From: Basidiobolus meristosporus CBS 931.73
Lineage: Eukaryota > Fungi > Basidiobolomycota
DNA: 64,000 nucleotides
NCBI GenBank assembly: GCA_002104905.1
Contig: MCFE01000266.1
Location: 1-64,000 of the forward strand
Direction of reading: 5' to 3'
The position numbers were made by a program, and so were the translations under genes. The notes beneath the pieces are model-generated. The model was given only the letters and a program-made list of their open reading frames with translations, did not search any database and was not told where the DNA came from. Shown piece after piece: positions 33,525 to 45,169 of this stretch. Within the stretch, counting starts at the first letter, position 1, and the number at the start of each line of letters is the position of its first letter.

Positions 33525-36131
33525 CTCCCCTGCAACTAAATAATTTCTTAATCCTAATTCTTCTCTGAGATTCTCAAATTGTGGCCTAGCTAGTAGTTTT
33601 GTCAATATATCAGCCACCATTTTGTTAGTTATGCAGTACACTAGCTCTACTATGGTGTTTTCTACAGCTTCCCTCACAAAGTGATGCTGTATATTAATGC
33701 GCTTAGTTCTGGCATGATTAGTAAGATATCTAGCTAATGAAATACAATTTTGATTATCCTTGTAAATACATGTTGGTTCATCTGAATTAGAACCTAAGTC
33801 TTTGATTAACTTTAATAGTCATATAGGCTCCTTGGCTGCTTGACATGCAGCCATATATTTGGCTTCAGTTGTAGATAGGGCCACAGTAGGTTGTTTCTGG
33901 CAATTCCAAGTAATAGCTGCACCAGCATAAAGAAATACATAGCCTGTGATAGAGTGTCTGTCTATCAGATCCCTTCCCCAGTCTGAATCACTATAACCAT
34001 CAAATTTTTGCCTTTTAGCAGCTCCAGAGTATTCCAGTGCCATATTTATGGTACCTTGTAGATATCTGAAAATCCACTTAGCTGCTACAATTTGATCTGA
34101 TCCATAATTCTGCATGAATTGACTGACTATTCCAACTGCCACTGCAATATCTGGACATGTAGACACCATCAAATACATTAGGCTACCAACCATTGATTGA
34201 TAGTGAGAGTTTTGGACCATATTTGAGCTGTTTTCATCTATAACTGGTTGAGATTTGCTTAATTTCAGGTTATTGTCCATAGAGGAAGCTGCAGGTTTGC
34301 AATTTTCCATTTTGAAGCGTCTAAGAATGTCCCTGATGTACTTGGACTGATTCAGCACAAGTTTCTGCGTAAATATGCCAAATTTGACCTCAATTTGAAG
34401 AAAATAGCTCAATTTTTCAAGATCTTTCATCTCAAACTTGCTAAGAGATCTGATTTCATCTGTATAAGTGCCTCTTGGTCACTTGAAGCTATAATTAGGT
34501 TGTCCACATAAAGAACTAGGATAATAACACCCTTTTTGAGCTGTTTCACTTATAAACTGTGATCTGCAGTGCTATGAGAGAACCCAATTTCCTCTAGATA
34601 TGTGTCAATCTTGTTATACTATGCTCTAGGTGCCTGCTTAAGCCCATGCAACAATCTTCTAAGTTTACACACCTTATGGGGTACCTTTGGAATGGTAAAG
34701 CCTTCTGGTTGCTCCATATATATTGCTTCTTGCAAATCCCCATTTAGAAAGGCAGTTTTGAAGTCCATTTGGTGTAGATCTAGACTGTGAACAGCTGCCA
34801 GGGCTAGAACTGTCCTAATGGCGTTAAATTTGGCAACCAGAGCAAATGCTTCCTCTAAGTCTAGTCCCTGGATCTAGGAATAGCCTTTAGCCACCAATCT
34901 AGCCTTGTACTTATCAATGGCACCATTTGAGGTTATCTTGATCTTGTAGACCCATCTACATTGTATTGGCTTTCTACCATTTGGTAAATCTACCAGTTCC
35001 CACATTTTTGCCTTGATCAGTGATTGTTACTCCTCCTGCATGGCTTGTTGCCTCTTAGAAGCATCTGGACTTTGCATTGCATGTTCCATATTCTGAGGTT
35101 TGGCACATAAGGCAAGATAAGCTTCTTCATGATCATTGGATGTCTGCCACCAGGATCCAGGGGAGTTTCTTATTCTGGTAGATCTCCTAACTAGGATAAT
35201 CTGTTCAGATCTGGAACTGGTACAAGAACCTTCTCTATCTGGCTGGATTTGGTACGTATCTTCTTCATTAGTGTTGATTGCATCATCAGGCAGCTGGCCA
35301 ATGATTTCTGTGGCTTTCTGATCTAAATTCCCCTCAAATACAATGTCCCTGCTCTTGATCAGCTTCTAAATTTTGCCATTATACACTCTATACCCTTCAG
35401 TATCTTCACAATACCCAAGAAAGATCCCTTTCCTACTCTTTGGCTTCAACTTTGAGCATTTTTTGTCAGGGATGTGATAAATAACATCACTGCCCAAGAT
35501 CTTGAGGTGCTGGAGATCTGGTTTTTTGCCTGAATATGCTTCATAGGGTGTAGAATCATGTAGTGCTGTTGTTGGGCATCTGTTTTTGATGTATACAGCA
35601 GTAGCAACAGTTTCAGCCCAAAACCTGTAGTCCATTCCCTTATCATGCAGCATAGAACTTCCAATCTCTACTATTGTTCTATTTATATGTTCTGCTACCT
35701 CATTTTGCTGTGGAGTATGAGGAACTGTGGTCTGTTGAAGTATACCAGCAGACAAGCAGTATTTTGCAAACTCCTTTGAGCAGTATTCTCCTCCATTGTC
35801 ACTTTGTAGTACCTTCAATTTACACCCAGTTTGTGTTTCTGCCATGTTCTTGAAGTGCTTAAACGTATCTAAAGCTTCTTCCTTTGTTGTGAGGAAGTAC
35901 ACCCTTGTATATCTTGCTTTGTCATCAATAAACGTCATTTAGTATCTCTTGGCTCCAAAGGACAGTGTTCTCATGGGGCCACATATGTCTGAGTGTACAA
36001 TAGCAAATATTTTGGTGGTATTGATGCCTTCTGAGCTCTTGAAATGTTGCCTAGCTTGTTTGCCATATGAACATCACTTACAAACATTCAATTTGATTGG
36101 AATTGAGTATTTTAGGCCCAGAACAAGCTGA

Positions 36132-39100
36132 TGTTATCATCTGCCGCTTGAATGTTTGAGTTAGATCAGCTTTTAGTTAAATCAATTAGTTATATGTTTA
36201 GGTTATCAGTATATCAGTATTATCTATCATATCAGTAACATTAGTCAGCAAATGAATCAGTAGATCCTTATCAGACAGAAATAGATATATTAAGTAGGAT
36301 CTTATTGGGTGATGATGATGCAATCAAATGAGTCATCAGCCACAACCTACATTAGGAAATACAATTAGTCAGGAATTGATCTGGCAAAATGTATATAAGG
36401 AGCTGCTGGTACCTCAATAAAGATCAGTTCAAGTTTTAGTGAATACAATACTAGCTAAACTCCCTATTCCTCTACAACTCTTATACCAAGACTTGTAACA
36501 TTGGTAGCAGCAATAACCAGAAACCTCCCTCCTGAAGAAAGAAGAAACCACCCTCAAGATGTCGGACAATCAAGAATAGAAGAATGCAATGCAGTAAATC
36601 CTGGCCCAACAGCTGCAGTTACTCCAGATCCTCAGCCAACAGCAACAAGGAATGACTACCATGGCTCAGAGCCAGCAAAGCCCTGTCAAGAACAACTTTA
36701 GTGTGAAGGTTAACCGGTACCATGGCAGAGTCAATGAAAACCTGGGAACTTGGCTCTTTCAGATTGAAGAAGCTTTTAAAGCTAAAGGAATTGCTCCAGA
36801 AAGCAAGTTGCATTATGCTGCTTCTTACCTGGCAGATGCAGCCTTGCATTGGTACCACAACAAGATCAGGTCAGCCACTATGATGGGATGCTCTACAATC
36901 TCTACCTGGGATGAGCTTGTGCCAGAAATTCAGGATGCTTTTGAACCTCCACACCAGCAGACACTACTAAGAAGGAAGTTGAAGACACTCAGACAGAAAG
37001 GAATGGTTCAAGAATACATCTATGAGTACAAATGTCTACTTGGACAAGTTGAAAGAATGGACCCCCTGGATCAAGTTGAATACTTTATTGATGGGTTGAA
37101 AGAAAGAACTTGTCAGGAAGTGAATTATCAAAGACCTCAGACTATTGAAGAAGCCATCAGGATTGCCATTGACTATGACTCAGCTATGTTTAGATTTGGG
37201 AAGCCTACAGTGACTAATCAGAAAGGCTACAATCATTATGAAAGAAGGCAGTCAGAAGCAGTACCAATGGAAATAGATGCTATGCAGAAGAACCCCACCT
37301 CAGAAGAATGCAGGAAGAAAGGACTTTGTTTCAATTACCACCAGCAAGAACACATCCCAAATTACTGCCCCCAGAGAAGAAATGGACACCAGGCAACAAG
37401 AACCTTCAACCATATTGAGTCCCATGAACACAATAATGTGGAAGATGAGCTTGAAGAAGACTTTGAACTCACCTTCCATATGACAGATGAGTACTTATCC
37501 CAAATGACCTCAAACTCAGGGAAGTTATTGTACTTAAATGGAGTAATCAATGAGTACCTGCCAGTATTATGATTGACTCAGGAGCATTGCATGAGTACAT
37601 GTCAGAGCAATTTGCCTTGACAGCTGGATCACCTTGGAACCTAACAGATCAGCTTCAGTCTCCACAGCTGATGGGAACTCTCATATAATCAACCGTATTA
37701 CTCCGCCAGTAAGAATGAAGATCAATGACTATGAAGAAGACCTACAGGCTTATATATTTGGGAACTGCAAGTTTGACCTTGTACTTGGAAAAACCTGGCT
37801 ATTTTGTTGTAATCCATCAATCAACTGAAGAACCCATGCTACTCAGATCCAAAAGGACAACAAGACCTATGAGCTATTACCTACCAGGCTGGATTTCAAC
37901 TTGGTCAATTCCAGTATGTGTGAGATAAGTGAACTTAGCAAGACCCATTTCTGTAGAGCACTTAGAAAAGGTACCCAGATGTTCCTCATGGCGGTATTAC
38001 AGGAGAATTCCTCTACCCCAGCACCCCAGCAGGTCCAGACTCTCTTGAAGAAATATTCAGACATGTTTCCAGATGAGCTTGTAAGCCTACCACCAGTCAG
38101 AGACGTGGATCATGCCATTGACACAGGAGATAGCCCTCCAGTGAGCAAGACACCTTACAGAATGAGTCCATTAGAATTGGAGGAAATGAAGAGACAAATT
38201 GATCAGCTATTGGAGCAAGGTTATATCAGGCCTAGCAAGTCACCCTGGGGAGCACCAGTGCTTTTTGTGAGAAAGAAGGATGGAACATCTAGGATGTGCA
38301 TTGACTACAGAGCCCTGACCTCAGTTACCGTCAAGAATAAGTACCCCATACCTTGGATTGAAGAGCTTTAGGACCAACTTAATGGAGCCACTATTTTCAG
38401 CAAGATTGACCTCATATCAGGATATAACCTGATTAGGGGGAAACCAGAAGATATCCCTATGACAGCATTCAGGACCAGATATGGACATTACAAGTTCTGA
38501 GTCATGAGTTTTGGCCTCACCAATGCCCCTGCAGCATTCATGACGCTGATGCAGACTGTCTTTCAGGAGTACTTAGACAAGTTTGTGATAATATACCTGG
38601 ATGACATATTGATATACAGCAAGACAGCAGAGGATCACGTGGAGCACATTGAAAAGTTCTTGAAGAAACTAAGCAAGAACAAGCTATATGGCAAGCTAGC
38701 CAAGTGTGAATTCTTCAAGGAACAGGTTGAATATCTGGGACACATAGTGACTAGCACAGGAGTGACCTTAGACCCTAAAAAGGTTGAAGTTATTAAGAAG
38801 TTGAAGCAGGCCCATAGCATATCAGAACTCAGATCATTCCTTGGAATAGCATCCTATTATTGGAGATTTGTCAAGTCCTTTGCAAGCATTGCAGCCCCTT
38901 TAACTGATATCCTCAAGAAAGACAACACCTACAAGTGGGACATAGCCTGTGAGACTGCATTTCAGACGCTCAAGAATGAACTTGCTAAGCTGCCAAGCCT
39001 AAGAATACCAGACTTCAGGAAAGAGTTCACTCTGTGCACAGATGCTTCAGATTATGCAATTGGTGGAGTGCTGAGCCAAGAACACAAGGGAAAGGACTAC

Positions 39101-40424
39101 CCTGTTGCCTTTGAATCCAACAAACTGAACTCAGCAGAACAAAACTATCCAGTCCATGAGAAGGAAATGCTTGCTATAATACACTGTTTGAAGACATGGA
39201 GATGCTATATGGAAGGAGTCAAGACTGCCAACCACCAGGAAATACAACCGTTAGATCATAGTAGCAATTGACCATGCCACTAAATGGCCAGCTGCTAAAG
39301 CTGTACCAATAGCCAGTGAACAAGAAGTTGCAAGTTTCATTTACCATGAGATCCTGATGAAGTTTGGATGTCCTGTGGAGATCTTATCTGATAGAGGAGC
39401 AAACTTTAAGGCAAAGACAATAGAGGCTTACCTGGAAATGCAGCAGATTAAACACTTGAAAACCTTGGCATATCACCCCAGAACTAATGGCATTGCTGAA
39501 TGCTTTAATGGATTATTTGGAAAAATGCTGACCAAGTATGCAAATGGAGCTGCCAGTAGATGGGATGAGTATATAGATCAAGCACTTTTTGCCTGCAGAG
39601 TTAGAGTGCACAACACTACCCAACAATCATCATTTTACTTAGTATATGGATGTGAACCCAGAATTCCAGGAGATCTCACACAACTAAAGCTTACAGATGC
39701 CTTAGAAGATGAACTTAGTCAGCCCAGTAGACACCAGCAATTTGAACAAAGACAACAAGAGGCACAGGCCAAAGTATCTCAAAGTGCAGAAAGGATGAAG
39801 CAGAGATTTCATAAAACTTTAGCACCAGAAGCATTGACAGTTGGGAACTTTGTATTGCTAAGAAAAAACACTTGGAAGAAGTTTGAGACACAATGGACAG
39901 GACCATTCAAGATCATCAGAGAATGTCCATTTGCAACTTACCAACTAGTGGATAAACAAGGGAATATCCTGGAAGATTTAGTTCATAGAGACAGACTTAA
40001 GCTTGCAAGACTTGCTGACAATACTGAACCATCAAGATGTTGGTATCACAAGAAAAGAGATTCAGGAGAACCCTATCAACTTTAGTGGGGGAGAATATTA
40101 TGATCTGCCGCTTGAATGTTTAAGTTAGATCAGTATATCAGTATTATCTATCATATCAGTAACATTAGTCAGCAAATGAATCAGCAGATCCTTATCAGAC
40201 AGAAATAGATATATTAAGTAGGATCTTATTAGGTGATGATGATGCAATCAAATGAGTCATCAGCCACAACCTACATTAGGAAATACAATTAGTCAGCAAT
40301 TGATCTGGCAAAATGTATATACGGAGCTGCTGGAACCTCAATAAAGATCAGTTCAAGTTTTAGTGAATACAATACTAGCTAAACTCCCTATTCCTCCACA
40401 ACTCTTATACCAAGACTTGTAACA
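36132..40424 (+). mobile_element. Gypsy copy nested in Copia, with internal deletion
   Basis: LTRs at 36132-36500 and 40096-40424 (the latter has a ~40-bp deletion and a TG-to-TA start). Perfect 4-bp TSD CTGA; the empty site is seen in the other Copia at ~17265-17295. A ~600-bp RH-IN deletion lies at ~39222. Stops in gag. Confidence 0.95.
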
Positions 40425-41768
40425 CTGATTTTTCACCAATTGGCTCATTTTCTGTTCCCCAAAGTGTCCTAGCCTCCTATGCCATGTCTCCTAGCTTGTT
40501 TCATCAGCTTCAGCAATGTTGACATACTCAGGTACAATGATCTTGCATTGTAACTTGTATAAATTGTGATCTCTGATTCCCAAAGCTAATTTTTGTCCAT
40601 TCTCACTCAATGTTGAACAGCTCATCTTATTAAAAACAAATTTCAGCCCCTGAGCAGTTGCTTTACTGACTGAGAGTAAGTTCTTAGCTATTCCAGGTAT
40701 ATAGTGTATGTCAGTGAGTCTTGCTGTAGTTGCCCCTGTGCTATTGCTCATATTTAGTGGTAAAGACCCACTTGCGGCAACTTCCAGAGCAGAGTTATCA
40801 CCCAGATAAACCTTTCTTACGGGAATAGCTTTTGAGTTGCTGAACCACGCTTTTATACCACAAATATGCTGTGATGCTCCAGAGTCAATATACCACTCAT
40901 TACTTTGGTTACTTGCACTTTCTTGTACAGTTACAAATAACTGTTCATCAGTAGTTTTATGGTTTGACTGCTGTAGTTTCTGTTTTTTGTCTGCTTGTTT
41001 CTTCTTGCATTCTCTTGCCCAGTGTCCTGGCTTCTTACAATAGTTGCAGCAACCAGGTTTTCTTTGGTTTTGTTGTTTTCCTTTCTTTTCTGAGTGCCTT
41101 TCTGAACTGAATAAAGCATTATCTTCAACTTTCTCTGCTAGATCATTGCATCTAAGTTCTTCATGGAGAAGTCTTCCTTTGACATAGTCTGAAGTCAAGT
41201 TGTCTTCTCTGCTTTCAAAAGAAAGTATGAGTTGCTCATACTTGTCTGGTAGGCCGCAAAGCAGACAGAGTATCTTTTCTTCATCATCTACACCAGGATT
41301 AATACTGTAAAGCTTTTCTGCAAGTGTCTCCATTTTGGTAATGAGTTGCAGCATGTCATCATCTGGCTTCTTCCTCATGTTGAAGAATTTTTGTTTCAAA
41401 TAAAGCTTGCCTGATACTGGCTTTGCCCTAAAGATCTTCTCTAAGGATTCCCATGCTGCTTTGTCAGTATTTGAGGCATGGATTTGTCAAATGAAGGAAT
41501 CTTGCACATTGATACATATGGCATTAAAGGCCTTTCTCTCCTTCTCTTGAAACTTCTCCACTTCTTCTGCTGCTCCTTTGGGCTCATCTTCTTTTCCTGT
41601 TATTATATTCCAAAGCTTCCTTTCCTCAAGGTGGATCTGAATATTGATTCTCCAAAGTCTGTAGTTCTTTCCATCAAACCCCTCCTTTACAGGGAAGATG
41701 TTTGTGTTGTTCTGATTGCTGGTAGAAGTCATCTTTAGAATAGATTAAGGAACTCAGGGCTTGTAACC

Positions 41769-42138
41769 TGTTGCAATTTAAGAAGTGATTTGGATAGAAG
41801 GAACTTATCAAGAAATAGTGATAATAGTTGAACTGTTGTCTATTAATAAAGAGGCTCAGTATTTATACCTTTGTAGAAGTAATACTGCTGTAACACTAAG
41901 TAAGGAGGGTTTCTCAATATTCAGGAGTATTCTGTAACAGTTTCAGGGTTAGTATATTAATAGTTAGTATTGGTGCTAATTTGATCCTGGCTATACGGGA
42001 ATAATCATAAGATCATAAATCTGAAGAAAGTGGCAAAGTTAGAGCTGTAAATTAGTCCCACAGTGACCAAGATTAGTCCAGAATTGTTAAGTATATTTTT
42101 AGCTGCAGAATGATACCAAATAGTTCAATATTTCAACA
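41769..42138 (-). repeat. Copia 5' LTR (370 bp)
   Basis: Direct repeat of 33156-33524. Confidence 0.93.
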
Positions 42139-43900
42139 AGTATTGCTGTCAAAAGTGCAAAATACAGGGGACTTACCCCAAAACTCACACATGCTATTAT
42201 AGCCCAAACACTAACACTAAGAGCATCATCTTTCCACAAAGAGTACATATAGAAGTCAGCATGCAATGGCAAACTATAGGCCATTGGCCAGAATACGCCA
42301 TTAGTTACAAACCGGAGATACTTAAGATAGAGGGTATCTGTTTGAGCAAAAGCTATCACTGGTGAGCAATGCATTGGCTTACCCTAATCTGAGGACCATC
42401 TTGTATATGGGGCATTTCAAGCTAAATGAGCCCTTTGAGATACTGGAGAAATTTGAAAAAATTGGCAACATACTACAGAGTATCAGCTAACCCAAGTACT
42501 TCTCACAGGCTCCAATCAACATTCATATGCCAATGCAATACTTCAAATGCAAGGACTGGATGAGCTGGACATGCTTATATTCTAGTGGACTTCTGAAGCC
42601 ATTTCTACCGAGAGCACATTGGAGGCATTTGAAGTCATATGTTGACATTGTGGGAGTATTTATCCAGATGCAGATCACCAATGCCAACTTGATGCATGCA
42701 CAGCTTTTATGTGTGGGGTTTGCAATAGGATTTGAGCGGCTAAGCTACAAGCACAAAGCTGATTGTGTGGATCTCTGCCACTACTGAATTCATTCTTGAC
42801 TCCATCTTTCTTGGCTTGTGGAAAATACTGGGCCTTGCTTCACCTTTTGTGGGTTTCCTATAAAGCAGATTTGTGGGGAGAGAGGCAGACTAGTCAAGTT
42901 GCTGGTACTACTATACCTCAATCTCATCAAGAATATTACCTTCAAATCCATCATGGATGTGATGAGTTGGCACATGGAGGACAGCCAGGAATAGTTGGAA
43001 AATACTGAGGACAGATGTGCATATGGAGACCCCTATGCCTTTGACACTAAGAGGCCAAGCAGGCTTAATCTATAGATAATCAGTGAGGCAATGCAATGTT
43101 GGGTGGGTGCAAGAAGCAAATATGTTGTATTAGGACAACTCCATCAAAATATGCTGGGTTTCTCCTGGACACAAGCCAATTTACACACCTTTCAATGCGG
43201 AATTCACACAAACAAGAGCAAGAGCACACCTATAAGGGGGACTAGAGTTTAGCAGGAAGTAGGAATATATTGGCAAAATACTAAGAAGCTCTTTGAGGAT
43301 ATTCATGAGGTATTCATGGCAGAAGCTCTGGCAACTAAGCATATTTTTGTAATATGTTACCAGTAATAGGGGTATATGCCAACTTTGCAAGTATCACACC
43401 AAAAAGCCACAAAGTTAGGTTATAAAAATGTATCAATTGCAGTAGGTATGCTTTTTTTAGAGGTCAGTAAGCAAGAGACCAGAGTTTGTTGATTTGAACT
43501 ATATATGAAATGCCTATGGTAGTAGTGGATGAGCAAATCAAGTGGGGTGATTCTACTGCTGAATATAAGAATGGCACAAGGGGAGGTAGAAAAGAAAAAC
43601 CATTTGGTAAATTGGTATGGTAGCTTTATACCAAATATCTCTATGCTGCAATACTGCCATAATTATGCCAGCAGCAGTTAGCAATGAGGCTGTCAGAGTG
43701 CTATCAAGTTACTTGACATATGAGTCAATTGTATGTATTGGCTGGCTAGGTTTGCTCAAATAAATAAAACGCACATTAAGTTGTCAAAATGCCATGCAAT
43801 TCCAGTTGAAAGACTACTGAAACACTGTTGAGTTTTTGACTTCATTTAGCAATATAATAAAAAAAATGCCAGTACAGATCTGTTGTAAGATTGTATGGAG
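42139..43900 (+). pseudogene. Tnp2-like transposase C-terminal relic (continuation of 32574-33155) and 3' region
   Basis: Removing the Copia restores ...FSGHNEKY-CCQKCKIQG. ORF 42527-42787 (CKDWMSW...HWRHLKSYVDIVG...GFERLSYKHKAD) is homologous to 6400-6700. Confidence 0.72.
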
Positions 43901-43989
43901 AGTTGATGATTCTAAGCTGCTGGCCTTATAGTGGAATCAGTGTGAGATCCTGATGGCCAATCTGGATCATCCACCAACAGGACAAGTTT

Positions 43990-44320
43990 TTTTTCATAGG
44001 GAATATTACCTTCAAGTCTGTCATGAAGACAATGATTTGGCACATAGAGTACATTCAGTAGGAGTTGGAAAATACTGAGCATGGATATGCACATCAAGGA
44101 GCCCATGCCTTTCACATTGAGAAGCTGAGTGGCCCCAATACATGGATAATTAGTTAAGTAATGTAAGGTTGGGTTGGATGCAGCAACAGCTAATTTTGTT
44201 AGAGGAACTTCATCAAATATGCTGGGCTTTTTCTGAGTAAAAATGCACTTCTACATCTCTTAGTGTAGAATTTGCACAATCCAGAGCCAGAGTGCTCCTG
44301 TATGGGGGACTTAAGCCTTA
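43990..44320 (+). pseudogene. Short DUF4218-end / 3' fragment of the Tnp2 relic
   Basis: GAATATTACCTTCAAGTC...GAGTTGGAAAATACTGAG homologous to ~6815-7050. Confidence 0.55.
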
Positions 44321-44339
44321 CAGAGACATGAAGTTTACT

Positions 44340-45072
44340 AGACTTGTTCCGTTGGATAGCGCCACATTGAGCCATGAGTGCCAAATGATGCCATAGTGTG
44401 CCAGAGAGGCCAGGTGAGCCACTACCTGGCCACAGAGTGTGAAACATAGCTCTGCATCTTCATGCAAAGTAGCCCCTGTGTTTCACCTGTTGTGTTGGAG
44501 AAAATCCATTTTTTGACCTTTTTTTTGGATCAATGTTGTGCAGGATGTGTTAGAGCACAAGCAGATTGAAGATATGCATCTGGTACTCAATACCCATGGC
44601 ACTGTGAATCTAGCTCCTGTAGCTTGTATCATGTCACAAAAATGAATGGCACTATCTTGGTCCACTGGTACTATCTGGCACTATATTTAAATATTAGCCC
44701 TAAAGTAAGATCTATACAAAGCACTTATAGTGCCAGATAGTACCAGTGGACCAAGATAGTGCCATTCATTTTTGTGACATGATACAAGCTACAGGAGCTA
44801 GATTCAGAGTGCCATAGGTATTGAGTACCAGATGCATATCTTCAGTTCTCCTTTGCTCTTACACATCCTGAGCTACATTGATCCACAAAAAAAGGTCAAA
44901 AAATGGATTTTCTCCTGTGCAATGGGTGAAACACAGGGGCTGCTTTACATGAAAATGCAAAGCTATGTTTCACACTCTGTGGCCAAGTATAGGCTCACTT
45001 GGCCTCACTGGCACACTATGGCATCATTTGTCACTCATGGCTCAATGTGGCACTATCCAATGGAACAGGTCT
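44340..45072. mobile_element. Palindromic non-autonomous PHIS derivative (fold-back MITE, 733 bp)
   Basis: Inverted arms at 44340-44685 and 44726-45072 with a 40-bp spacer. Termini AGACTTGTTCCGTTGGATAG match the left end of the 59603 element. 3-bp TSD ACT (44337-44339 / 45073-45075). Confidence 0.93.
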
Positions 45073-45169
45073 ACTGTCTAAGTGCCATCAGTATCTTGCA
45101 TAGACTGATAAGGTATTAATGGCAATGATAGAGGTAACCTGGCACACATATACACTTTTTAACATACGC

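Larger units (their letters stand above)
33156..42138 (-). mobile_element. Ty1/Copia element (family 1), both LTRs present, interrupted by a Gypsy insertion
   Basis: LTRs at 33156-33524 and 41769-42138; perfect 5-bp TSD AGTAT (33151-33155 / 42139-42143); PPT at ~33525-33530; degenerate PBS GGTTACAAGCCC. gag 41732-40491, IN 35938-35366, RT/RH ~34900-33540. Multiple stops. Confidence 0.95.
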
